Position numbers and translations under genes: made by a program
Source of the DNA: Chromera velia
Lineage: Eukaryota
DNA length: 49,412 nt
Direction of reading: 5' to 3'
Assembly: GCA_018398765.1 (NCBI GenBank)
Contig: JAHBMJ010000391.1
Span: 1 to 49,412 of the forward strand
The notes under the pieces: model-generated
The model's input: the letters and a program-made list of their open reading frames with translations, nothing else
The model's database searches: none
What the model was told of the DNA's origin: nothing
In this document: piece after piece, positions 23,601 through 35,684 of the stretch
Numbering within the stretch: the stretch's first letter is position 1
Layout of the letters: the number at the start of each line of letters is the position of its first letter

Positions 23601-25917
23601 TCTCTTTTCGACCAACCATGCAAGGATGGTCAAAAGTGCTCCAAATATGCATATGCTTCTTTCTCGCTCTGAGCCTTGAAAGGGAATGCGTGACGATCTT
23701 CCAGGAGGGGCATTGGAGACGCAAAGGGGGACTGCATGACCTGTCGCAATGAGAGTCTTCAAAGAGGTCGACGCCGCCCCCGTCGGGCCCCCCGATTTCA
23801 GGCGCTGGAGGAAGGAAGCCAGGACGGGAACGGCAGAGGGGGTGCACACACCCCTGCCTGCATCAACGCAGGGGGACAGCGAGAGAGAGGGTGAAAAGCT
23901 TACAAGCAGAGGCACCTACTCACTCACCTACGTGCCTCTTCGTCTTCGTGTCGACCTGGAAGAAGACTGACAAATCCATGCGGCCATACGTGGTTGGATC
24001 TTGTTTGTCACTTACAACATCTGTGAGGGAAAATAGACAGGCCTTTTGTTCTATCTCAAGTCTGCGCGTACCTCGGGGGCGAGGAAGAAGAAGAGATGGC
24101 AGTTCGGTTGAGGAGACAGAAAAAACGTACGGACATCAATGCAGCCACCCTCAGAATACCCACATGCGCGCTTGCGCGCTTGCGCGCTCGCGCAGCGAGA
24201 GAGAGAGAGAGAGAGAGGAGAGGGAGAGAGAAAGAGAAAGAGGCGAGCAAAGCAAAAAGCCGAAACAGAATGCAAGAAAGTCCAGCCGGCTGACCACACT
24301 TGAGAGTCTCCAGAGAGGAGATATCCGAGGGAAGGGAGGAGAAAAGGACGCCTAGTTTCCCAGCACCCAGCGAGAAGTCTGCGTTCATGCAACCAAAGCC
24401 CAGAGACAGCAGAGCAAATCCATTGCAATCACACCCACACATGAAAGCACTTCACGCAAACAGGTAAGGTCTCTTTTTGTGTACGTGGATACATTGCACA
24501 TTGTGCACTGTACTGTGCATTGTATGCAAGTCGTTATTCTTAGATTTAAATTATCTACTCGAGTCCTTTCGTCAGATGCGCAACTGGCACCGTTTAGGCG
24601 GGAAGTTAGGTAAAGCGCAAAATGCTTGCGAGGCAAATAAAAGAACAGCAGGTGGGAGCAAAAGCATGGCGAGAGACGGGACCGTCTTTGGGGGCCTTTC
24701 CGCTTTTTTTCCCCCGCCGTCCCTGCGCAAAGAAGAAGGCACGAAAAAAAGGCGGGAAGTGGCAAAGAAGATGCAAACGAACACATCCAGAACGGAAGGT
24801 GGAAAGAACAGACAGGAGCAAGGCAAGGGCGGAAGAAAAGAAACGAAGAGAGCAAGGTGCCGAGGCAGGAGACAGGGAACGGAAAGGAAAGGCCAAGTGC
24901 CGACTTGAGAGGTCCAGACATCCACCAAAGGGCAAATGGGAACGTCCCTGCAGCTAGATGGATATGCACACAAAATTCAATCATTGCACACAGATCAGGT
25001 AGCGTAATACGCCACTCATTCAAATGCAACCCCGCCCACACCAAAGAAAATTACCCAATTGGAAGGCTCTGTGGTTTTCCTTTTTCTTTTACCTCAGGCA
25101 GGGAGTGACGGACAAGAGAGACGGGCAGATGCAGAGATACCAGATCGAGCGACAAAAAATCAGGCAAATAGCAGAAGGCCGCCATCGTGCAAGCAGTTGG
25201 TTGAAGAGAAAGGGCCCGATCCCCCAAACTGATCGTTTTGGTTCCGCCTGACCGTTCTCATGAAATGCAGAAGGACGCATCCCAGCCCGAACCCCTCCCT
25301 GTGGGAGCAGAGGGAGCATATCTCCTGCAGGGACAGAGGCAGGCAACATTCTTCGGATCAACAGGGAGCCCAGTTTGCTCGTTCGTCCTCTCTCTTGCGA
25401 CACACGCGAAGCAATGCAGAGGACAGTGCCCTCATGCAGGGTCTTCTGGCGGAAACGAAAATTGCCAGAAGCCACGCTGAAGGTGCGAAAAAGGAACCCG
25501 CCTGTTTCGATTTTCAAAAGAGAGTTGGGAGAGAGAAAAGAATCGGATTGGACCAAAGATGTCCGGCTAAGTGCACTAAAATATTGATTCCACGTATTTC
25601 AGACTTTTATGAAGGAAAAATGGCAGGCCAGTCTGGCAAGACGATAAAGGCAAACGCCAATGCAAGCACTTACCTGTGCGGTCGGAATGGTGTGGCCAAA
25701 AGCAGCCGAGAGCACCGCATCTGCAGTTTGCACCGGCTGAGCTCCTGAGCCCTGAAGCGTCACTTTCTCCTCTGCAGACAAGCAACACCAGACAAAGGTC
25801 ACCATCAATCTCCATTTCGGCAGAAAGGAGACGAAAAAAGGAGAGAAAAATGGAGACGGAAAAGTGCCGCGACACACCTGAAGGAAATCCACGAATTATT
25901 GCGGCTGATCGTGACAT
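20650..25917 (-). CDS. RNI-like leucine-rich-repeat protein, 8 exons, ~957 aa (LRR gene 2)
   Basis: Exons 25878-25917, 25674-25771, 25253-25324, 24905-24947, 24295-24378, 23741-23857, 23394-23465, 20650-22997; total 2874 nt, in frame. Many LxxLxLxxN repeats (LSLDLSDNPLG, LNTLDLEGNEMG, LENLDLQGNELSDEG). Exon 1 is tentative. Confidence 0.88.
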
Positions 25918-26337
25918 GTTCGTTTTGCTCTGGGACTTTTCGAGACTCAGGGGAGTTTTCTTGTCGCTGCAATTACATGCAATGACCCACTCGTCGAACA
26001 GCAGTCAATATCAGTCAATATAGCAGTGATGAAGAAATAACTGTCTGTGAAGAATTTTGATCGAAGAAGTTCAGTGATGGTCGGACCGTCTCCCATTTCA
26101 GATTTCCGCCGATCGCCGGGCGGGCCAATCCGCGTCTGAGGGTTAGAGCCGCTGCGCCCGACGGTTCGAGTCTGACACGATCCGATGAAATGGCACAGGA
26201 AGCCTGAGTATACGAGGCTTTTTCTCTAATATTCTCTAAACACCTGAAATAACCTAGCTGTATGGATGTTAATGGATGTATGAGGCCTCAATTATACTCA
26301 ATTAGTGTTTAAATTTTCAGAATAAAAAGAATTCTGC

Positions 26338-26786
26338 ATGCCGTGGGTGAGTGGGGTGCTTTTTGCCCCCCTAAAGCAACGCATTTCCACAAAAAACTCG
26401 TTCTCATAATTGGTAAGGAGTTAGAAACTGAAACTTTATGTAAGAAGACGTTGTAACGATAGAAAAAGAAGTATGAAACAGATTTTTTATGTTATTTCTA
26501 GAAACATAGGCTGCCATACAAATTTTTTGATTTTGCGGTCATTTTTTAACGGTTTTCAACAGTAAGAAAAACGGTATGAAACTCATAAAATTTATATGGT
26601 AGCCTATGTTTCTAGAAATAATATAAAAAATCTGTTCCATTTTTCTTTTTCTATTGTTACAACGTCTTCTTACACAAAGTTTCAGCTTCTAACTCCTTAC
26701 GAATTATGAGAACGAGTTTTTTGTGGAAAAGCGCTGGTCTCCTATGCAGAGGGGGAGGCAAAAAACACCCCACTCGCCCCCGGCAT
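26338..26786. mobile_element. Foldback MITE-like element: ~450 bp, almost wholly palindromic
   Basis: Left end atgccgtgggtgagtggggtgctttttgcc mirrors right end ggcaaaaaacaccccactcgcccccggcat. Inner arms ~26385-26530 and ~26582-26729 pair with ~12 mismatches. No coding capacity. Confidence 0.85.
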
Positions 26787-27102
26787 ACGTCATTATTACT
26801 AATTACTAATAATTACTAGTCTACGTTGAATTCACTTCTAGGCTATTTAGCTAGGCCTAGTTGTCTAGCTTCCTCAGCAGGGGCCCGCCGGGGGCCAGTA
26901 GAGCCGGCAGCCAGGAGTGTTGACGCCAACGATCAATATTAATCAAGATTCTTCCTTTCCACCACTGTCCTGGTCTAAATCTTTCCTGTAACTACTTTAA
27001 ATCTACTTATCCGATCTTTTATCTCTTTTGTTCGTGACCTCCTTGAACCTAACTACTACTTGAATTAAAATCTTGAAGGTTCAAGTCGCATTTTTGAATA
27101 AG

Positions 27103-27230
27103 TTTGAAAGTCCGCGCCATCATTTACGGTGTCTTGAAAGCCAAAGCCGCATATCTGGACGGTGTCTTGACTATGCACGCCGCAAGCGTGGACGGTTTCT
27201 TGAAAAACGATGCCGCAGACTAGGCCACAG
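27103..27230 (-). repeat. Degenerate 33-bp tandem repeat (~3.5 units) reading as an 11-aa CGxxFQDTVxx repeat
   Basis: Unit like tcttgaaagccaaagccgcatatctggacggtg. The - strand ORF 27065-27334 reads CGIVFQETVHA CGVHSQDTVQI CGFGFQDTVND GADFQ. Confidence 0.6.
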
Positions 27231-27653
27231 ATAAAAATCATTTTAATTATATTTTTTAAGTGGTACTTAGGTTCGGGGAGGTTTTGTTCGTTATACAAAC
27301 ACTTGATGTCTTGATCATTGTTATCTAGCTGCATCTATTAACATCTATCTACATGTATTATAATTCTATTCTTTAATCATAACTTTTGATTCATAAGTTT
27401 AATGTACCTAATACTGATGTAAGTTTTGTTATTAATTAATTAATGACTAACTTAAAAAAAGGTTACATCTTATACACATTAATACACATCAAAACACTGT
27501 TTTACTTCTATCTTTTTAAAATGAGAAGATCAGCATCAACAGCTAACAAATTTCATTCTAGATTTCATTAGAGCAACTAGAACAGCTAATATAACAGTTT
27601 GCAAAAACTAAGTGAATTTAGACTACTAACTAGTGAGTTGTTGACACGGGCTA

Positions 27654-28575
27654 CATAGTGGTGTTAGCTGTAATGGAGGAAAAGAGGAACGATCTGAATA
27701 GTAACGGTAAAATCAGTTACAAAAAAAATGTAACTTCATGTTTTCTTGAAATAGGTCTATATCTTATATCAAAAACGTAACTTTAAGATTTTAAGGCCTA
27801 CAGTCCCCAGTAATCGAAGGGGGTGATGGAGAGGGAGAAGGACAGGGGGAGGGCCCGGAAGGGGAGGAGGAGGGGGAGGGAAGAGGGGGGGATGAAGAGG
27901 ATGAAGATGAAGTCATGGTGGATCAGGAGGATGGAGTTGTAGATGCAGCTGCAGAGATTGAACCATCAGCTCAAGCACTGCCACCCACACAACAACCACC
28001 AGTAAGTCCAGTCACATAATCAAGTGGCCAAGCTTCTGGCCAACAGCCACTCTATCCCTTCTTTCTTGGCTTGAGAGGGGGGTCTGGAAGAGCTCCACCT
28101 CCCAAGATCCCGGGCCCTTCCCCATAACGAGGAAGAGGAGGAGGGAGAGGAGCTGGGCCATCAAGAGGGGGGAGAGGAGGAAGCAATGGGGGCCTTTAAT
28201 TTGGAGATCTACTAATCAGACCGACAACAAAAATTGAAAACGTACGCCCGCTATCATTGCTCAGGTGGTAGCACAACTTCAGCAAATGTCTAAGCAGACT
28301 AAGCTTCGAATGAATTGAATCAGCCCTCAATTACTACAGTAAAGACAATTGATTAAGCTCTGTTAAACTAAAAGATTATACGAACTACGATTGTTGCATC
28401 GAATTCGTGTTCTCAGGTGCTTTCCTACCTACCTAAGAATAGCTTTGCATAACTTACGTCCTTAACCGTAACATATACATTTCAGCTTATGTTACGCACC
28501 ACATAAAACGTAACATAGCCCTTCGGGCCACGTATATGTAACGAAGTTATATTAGTTACGGCTAATGCCACTATG
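27654..28575. mobile_element. Non-autonomous TIR DNA transposon relic with GTAAC subterminal repeats
   Basis: Left terminus catagtggtgttagctgtaa versus reverse-complemented right terminus catagtggcattagccgtaa. GTAAC/GTTAC motifs cluster at 27670-27781 and 28450-28560. TA lies on both flanks; the true target-site duplication is ambiguous. Confidence 0.7.
27795..28199 (+). pseudogene. Pseudogenised coding fragment (acidic, Pro/Gln-rich, then RGG-rich C-terminus) inside the TIR element
   Basis: One frame reads GLQSPVIEGGDGEGEG...DEEDEDEVMVDQEDG...PPTQQPPVSPVT*SSGQASGQQP...PGPSP*RGRGGGRGAGPSRGGRGGSNGGL*, with in-frame TAA at 28017 and 28125. Confidence 0.6.
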
Positions 28576-29778
28576 TAACACAGGCCGCTAAGTAGAAAGC
28601 GTGACAAACAGCTTGAGATATTTTAGCAGCTAAGAAAGGGGGGCGCAGCTAGGGGCGCATAAGCGATTGAGCGAATGCGAGAGTATGAGAAAGAGGAGAG
28701 AGAGAAAATACAACGTGGGAAGGAAAAACTGATCTTCCGGGGCAGAAATCGGACGCGGGCAAAAACTCAACAGCAGATAGAGGTGAATGCTGACAGCCAA
28801 GTTCGATCATCCTCGTAATAAATACCGCACTTTTCGTTTGGGAGGTCTCTTTTCACAAAACTTTGGGTGCCGATGAAGAAGGAGGCAATGAAGATGAATC
28901 CAATTCCCTTCCCACCCATGACAAACACCGATGCCCCTCAAGCACCCCTCCGTAGAATGAGGCACAAAGCATAGGCAGGAAGGCCACGTACAGCTGGACG
29001 ACTCCCACTGCTTCTTGGAAACAGCAACAAGGGATCGTACAGAAACATGCTGGCATGGTTTTACTTTGGACTCCCGTCCTCTCTTTGCAAATCCTCCTGG
29101 CCTTTCAGACTGCTTGCGCTTGTCCTCTACCCAGGATTCCTTCCGTCTTGAATTCTTCAATGAATTCTTGCTGCGCCTTCTTCCCTTCGCAGCTCAATGA
29201 AGCTTTTTACTGCGTTCGTCAGAGTGATTTTCTTTCTTTCTTCATCCGAATTCTTTGTCAGATGAACCACTCCTTCTTTTCATGCTCGAACGAAGGAGCT
29301 GCAGCAAGTGCTGCGATCTGTATAAACGTGATCGATCTCGAACACCAGAGCTCTTTTTGTCCGATAATCGTCTGTCTAAAGGAGGTAGAGGGGGGGAAGA
29401 GGTAAGGAGTCATGACTGCCTGTCGGCTGCTCCAGGGATGCCAGCTGCACTGGTAGTGAGAAAGAATGATGTGGGCGGGAAGAGAGCTTCGGCTTGATAA
29501 GGGGAGGAAATTGGGGCTGATGAAGAAGAGAAAGAGAAAGAGAAGTATCAGACAGAAGGAAATGAATTCCATACTTTCGAGAAAACGCCAAAAAGAAGAC
29601 TTCATTATCATCACAGGGACTTGTGATTGTTTCATTCGTCTTTGAGAAAATGGTGACCGAAGAGAATTTGCAGTCTCGGTTCACCCTCTTTTCCTCTTCC
29701 TCTCCTGCAAACCTGGTTGCTGTTCTGCTTCATGCATGCATGACGAATTCCTTTTCATTTTGTTATTTCCTCTTCTCT

Positions 29779-32700
29779 TTACACCATTCCGGTTGATCCC
29801 CCCACAGGCTTGGCCAGTTGTCCTTTCTTGGAGAGCTCCTGCTTGACCTTCTCCTCGACCTTCTTGGCCTGGGTAGCGAGAACACCCTCCTCTGTTTGTT
29901 GCCTGCAGAGAGAGAAGTAGGAAGAGAGAAAATGAAGAATAAAGGATTCAAAAGCTGTTTCTTCAGGTGGGCTGTGTACCACAGCGGATTTCCTGAGTTC
30001 ATTCTCAGCATCTGAAGAACGATCACGAGAAAAAAAATCAAAAAGCCGCCCAAGCCCATTCGTTCCCTCCCTGTCTCTTGCAGCTCACCCCTTCAGTTCG
30101 CACTTGTTGAATCCGAAGGCGACCGGACGGACAGTGGGGTCCTCCAGGGACACCACCAGGCTCTGGTCTGCACACACACGCAAGAAGACAAACAAGAAGG
30201 AGAGAAGGGGGGAGACTCAGTAAGTAGCGGTTGAATTAGCTGCGAGCTTATGGTCTCTACTGTGTTCTCAAGACAGAGGTAAACCTTCAACTCCTTCACC
30301 CTGTATCGAGCAGTGAGTCTGTCTATCGACGCATGCATATTCTTGGGCTTCTGCATTTCTCCTCTTGTCTTTGGTGGCCAGGTTCATCAGCGATTTGTCA
30401 TTTTTTACACAAAAGGAAAAAGTTTGCGAAAGGAACCAGCCCACCACACATTCTACGAACCGACGACCCAGCAAGCCAGCCAGACAGCCAACGGACCCAT
30501 GGACAGACATACCTCCAATGACAAGCTCGGACTCTTTGTTGATGTTTGGGTGGCCTCCGAGGATTTCATCAACCTTCAAGTCGGTTCTTTCCTTGGCAAT
30601 CGCGTCTTTCTGAAACAATCAGGAGACCAGACAAAGGGGAGAGGGACGAGAACGGGAGAGAGATGGCAAGAAATATAAAAACAACCAAAGCGCTCTCTGC
30701 TCATTGGTGGTCTCTCTGTATAAGCCCGCTTCCCCCACTTTCTGCTTTCCCCCGACCTCCCAAAAACTCGAAGCGGTAGGGAGTCTGTATCTTTTCTAGG
30801 TATCGAATGCTTTTCTAGGTATCGAATCTTGTCAGTTGTATGTCCTGGGGACCTCCCGTTCCTTCCTTCTTCCAGCCACTTTTTTTCCTTCTCTTTTTTT
30901 TCTCTTTCTCGCGCAGCAACACAATCGAGGCACAGCCCCAAGGAAAGTGAGTAAACACAGAGACGCACGCACCTCTGCAGTTTTGTACAATCCCACGAAG
31001 GTGAGGATGAGGAGGACGAGGAAGACCAACAGGGTGAAGGCAAAGGCCGCGTGGCGCTCCACAGGCTGGTTGTACAGACCAGCGCCTGTCTTCGGGAAGT
31101 CGCCAGGGATGACCGCGTCGAGGGATCTGCACGATAGATATATGCAACAATCAAAGGATTCTGTTTCTCTCTGTGCATGCATTTTCTTCCCCATTTAACC
31201 ATCCATCCATCCATCCATCCATCCATCCATCCATCCACAAATGTACACATGGAGTGAAACGACCCACGTTGCGGTTGGTCAACACGCAATGCATCCTGAG
31301 GCACGTCAGCCAGACAATGAAAACGAACCAGAAGGCCAATACAGCGGCAGCAGAGATATCACAAAGACGGCTCTACAGACAAAGCTTCATCCTAAGGTTT
31401 TGTTTGTTCCACAGAGGCATCCTTTCTGGCAGCATAGTAATTTTGAAGGGGAGCGGCATGGATGCGCTGTTCGACTTCTCCTTTGCAGATGTCTGCATGC
31501 ATGCAACCCCGGTAACAACCGCCTCACTGAACCGTCAGTCAAACAAAGGAAGTGCCATGCAGACGGAGGGAGATGCAACCAGACTGACTGCGTCACATAG
31601 GCGAGAAGGGCGGCGTTGAAAATTGCGGACAGAAATGTGACTGCCTGCAAGAACGATCCATTAGCAAAGAAGTCAAACCCCCTTGAGCATTTTCTTTCTT
31701 GTGCGACTATTTGACATGCGGAAAAACCAAATCAGGAACCGAACCAGGAATCACTGTTTGACGACATGCAGAGTCCCCTGATTTGAGAGTGCATTTTGTG
31801 TGAAACAGTGGAGGGGTGTTCGGAAGCTCAATGGTTATGAAATGCATAATCCTGAAAAGAGGAAGACAAGCTTGCAAACGGTTCACCATGAGCAAACCTT
31901 AAGAAAAACTCACATGTGAAATTCAAGTTCGCGCTTTCAGATTTCTTTTCTACTCAGAGAACCAGACAGGAATGCCTGGCATGCTGGCAGTTCTCTCTCT
32001 CTCTCTCTCTGTCTCACCTGGAGGATTCCGATCCAGGGTCCGATTCCCTCTGCCGTCTCTGGAGTGGGTCTCCTTGTCAGGTGGAACAGCTTGAACGCAT
32101 CGACCTGCATGTCCGTAGAGGTATTCATCCAGAAGAGACAAATCTACATCAACCAACAGTAATGGATCACTGAACGTCCGAGTCGGGAAAAGAATTCAGA
32201 GGCCTCTTCGGACAGGCAGATGAACAAGAGACTGCTTGCACTTCCCTCTGTTGACTTCTTCCCGCCCCCCCCCTCCAACCTTTGTCTCGATGACGAAGAA
32301 CACGAAGGCAAGCGCGGGAGCAATGGGGAATCCGACCACGAAGAGGGACATGTAGCAGAACTGTTGCATCACCTCGTTGTAGTCTGTGAACGCCCCGTCG
32401 AGCTGTCCGTTGCCGTAGGGCTCCTTCTCGAGACCCGAACGGGCAGCGAACTCGAGACGGACCTGCCTCCTCCGTGATTGGTGGAAAGGAAATTCAGGGG
32501 GCGGTTGGGGAACAATAAGACGATATGATCGAGCAGGGGCTTAAAGAAAAGAAGGGCGAGACAAGCGGGAAGCAGAAGTCACCTGGAACGCGATATGTTC
32601 TGTCGAAGAAGAACTACATGCAGTGAGAGGAAACTGCTAAATAGAGGAGAAGTCAACAGAGACATGTCTGACCCCCTGCCTGACTGACTGACCTTCTCGT

Positions 32701-35408
32701 CCTTTACGGCACTTCGAAGAGGCGCTGTGTCTCTGCCCTCAGAGAACGCCTCTCTCGCCTGCTGCTGCCTGCGCTTTCTGAACTTCATGCGAGCCAAAAA
32801 CCTGCCAACGAACATCATGGCGTAGGGCTGTCCGAGCTCCACGACGTTCAGCGCGAGCTGCATGGAGAGAAGGGGGAAAGAGACACGTGCAAACACAGAA
32901 TGCTTGTTCACTTTTGTGTGTAGCCTACCCGCACGGCAGAGACATTCATGAACAGAAGCACCAGCGCTACGGTGGCTTTATTGTTTAAATTTTGTTTTTA
33001 TGCGACGGCCGCTGTTTGATGAGAGTTACGATCTTACAAAATGCGCCGATTGGAGAATCAGAGACCCGAGAATTGAGTCATGCATCTGCTCATATTCTTC
33101 TATTCCTTCACATAAATGCTTCATCAAAACAAAGAGAACGCATGCGAACAAAACTGAAGTAAAGTTACCTTAACGAAGTAGCTGGACAGAAGCTGTTTCT
33201 GAAGTTCGTCTGCGCAGTTGGGCTCGGGAGAGGATCCAGGCTTGACGAGACTCTCTGCCCCGTAGAGGCCCTCTCCTGGCAGTCTCTGGATGCACCCCTG
33301 CATTCATTCGGTCATTTACGCGTGTTTTCATGGAACGACTAAGATGTGTTTTCTTTCTGCGGACAGAGTTTCTGAGGGGAAGAAAATAAAATGAAACTTT
33401 TACAAAGATTCTCTGAATGGTCGTTTGAGTGAGCAAAAGGGTGGGTGAGCGGGTGAGTCAATGAATTAAGTAAGCGCGTGAGGGATTCAGCCTGGGGAGG
33501 TGAGATCTTCAAGTTGGCTACACAGACTGCCTGTCTGCCTGTCGGTCTTCCTTCACGCACAGTTGCGTGATTAGACTGAGTGAGCAGACAGACGCACATC
33601 GATTTGGGGTTTGAAGAAGGCGGTGTAGACGAAGGGGAAGAACCTGACAACGAACTCGATGGAGAACGTCTGGAAGGCAAACAGGCTCTCGTACTCGGTC
33701 TGGTACTTCAAGTTGTACCTGCAGGCAGGCACACAGGCACACAGGGCGGTGAGAGAGATGAAGAAGACATATGAATCAATCCTCCTTTTCTGCTGAGCGA
33801 CAGAGGTGTTTTTTTCGGTGCATTCGACTGTACCTGGACACACAAACGACTGTACCTGGACACAAAAACGACTGTACCTGGACACACAAACGATAGGATC
33901 GCAGTCACACCCCACAGACATAGAGTCGGCTGACGACATTTTGTTAGCGACAGATGTTGTCGGAGCACTTACAGTTTACGTAATGCGGCCAATTTTCTGT
34001 TCTGAATCAAAACATCGGCCGGGTCTGACAAAAAGTCCGACGTTTTTTTGGAATCAACCACTCTATCCCTTGTTGTATCGGCACCTTGACTGACTGTCCA
34101 CAAACCTTACTTCATACCTGCCTGTCTGCCTCCCTGCCTGACGGACTGACGGACCAGTCAACGAGCATGGTTGCGATCATTCCGCCTCCCATGAGGAACA
34201 CGGAGCTGCTCGCAGTGTCGAGGATTGATCCGATCAAAATGGCCTGTTGTTTGATCCCGTAATAGTCCACGTGGTTCTCGGGGTCTGAGTACTTGGCGTC
34301 GGCGTCGCTCACCTCATTCGCCCATGCAGACCTGCAGAAGCAAAACAAAATTCGTAAATCATGACGACCTTGCGGTCTTTTAGAATTAAGTCTCACCCAA
34401 GAAAGTCTAAGGAGCGCGCAGGTCCATTTGAGGCGGGCTCCTTAGACTTGTGATCCAGAGTTCAATATACATGCATGTCTGAAACCTATGAGTCGTGCCG
34501 GTGGTTCTGTCTCCGCTCTGTCGACTGCAACACAGACCTGAGCTCTGCGATGTACAGAGAGACCACGGCAGAGGCGACAACGATGCAGGTGACGGTAATG
34601 AACCCGATGAACATGCGAATTCTCCTGCAGGGGGGGGGGCACAAGGGAAGGGAAGATGCAGAGAGTGACGGTAAGGAGTTCGTTTTTGTCGATTCGTTGT
34701 TATCTCTGCTGCTCCAACAGACTGGAAGAAGCGAAAAGGGAGACAAACGTGTGTCTGAACGTAATAGACTGGCACCGAGTCAAAAGAGAAACTCTTCAAA
34801 AGAGAGATTCGAAGGCTTCTTCTCTGGTTACCTCACTGCCTGGCTTTGTGCTTGCATTTTTCCCTGCTTGACAGCGCACCTGGTGACGTTTGAGAAGACG
34901 ATCTCTGATTCCGAGTCGTTCACTGGGGACTTTTTCATGTCTCCGTAGTACTCGGGTCTGGGCTTCTTCGACTGTTTCAGAGAGAACATCCCCCATCGCA
35001 TCTTGTACCCGTGTTCCTTGCTGTACCAACCGAACGCAACTGCGTGTATCAAGGTATAACACACGCGCAGAGGGACAGTGCACAAGAAGGACAGAGCGAA
35101 TGTGAGAAGGAGAACGAGGATTAGCATGCATGTAGCTTCCTTCCTTTCACCCTTCCTTGCATTTTCTTCATGCATATGGATGAGCACATACGAGCACGAG
35201 TGCGTATGCGTGTGTGTATGTCTGTTGGTGCCTGCGTCCATGTGTGCGCTGTTCTGAAGAGCTGGCCCCTGGATTTCTCCATGCACACAGGTACTCACCG
35301 TACGCTGTCCAGAAGACCATGAAGAACGCGAATGCGATGTTGAGACCGTTGAGGGCGTCCCCTGATAGCCCTTCCTCTTCCCACAGGATCTGGAGGTGCA
35401 GTAACATC

Positions 35409-35446
<38 letters not shown>

Positions 35447-35468
35447 TACACACACGCGCGCGCGCGCG

Positions 35469-35523
<55 letters not shown>

Positions 35524-35650
35524 AACGAAAGAAAGAAAGAAAGAAAGAAAGAAAGAAGGAAAGAAAGAAAGAAAGAAAGAAGGAAAGAAAGAAAGAAAGA
35601 AAGAAAGAAAGGAAGAAAGAAAGAAAGAAAGAAAGAAAGCAAGAAAGAAA

Positions 35651-35684
<34 letters not shown>

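Noticed and set aside
25093..25247. Alternative exon GTKTISLGDRAL...HSLPE for LRR gene 2
   Set aside because: It needs a phase-1 predecessor that is absent, whereas exon 25253-25324 fits the phase and is homologous to gene 1.
26120..26185. tRNA or SINE suggested by GGTTCGAGTC
   Set aside because: The T-stem pairs poorly and no acceptor stem or cloverleaf can be built.
28807..29700. Short ORFs downstream of the anoctamin stop as extra exons or a separate gene
   Set aside because: Stops interrupt every long frame and there are no recognisable motifs; probably 3' UTR or intergenic.
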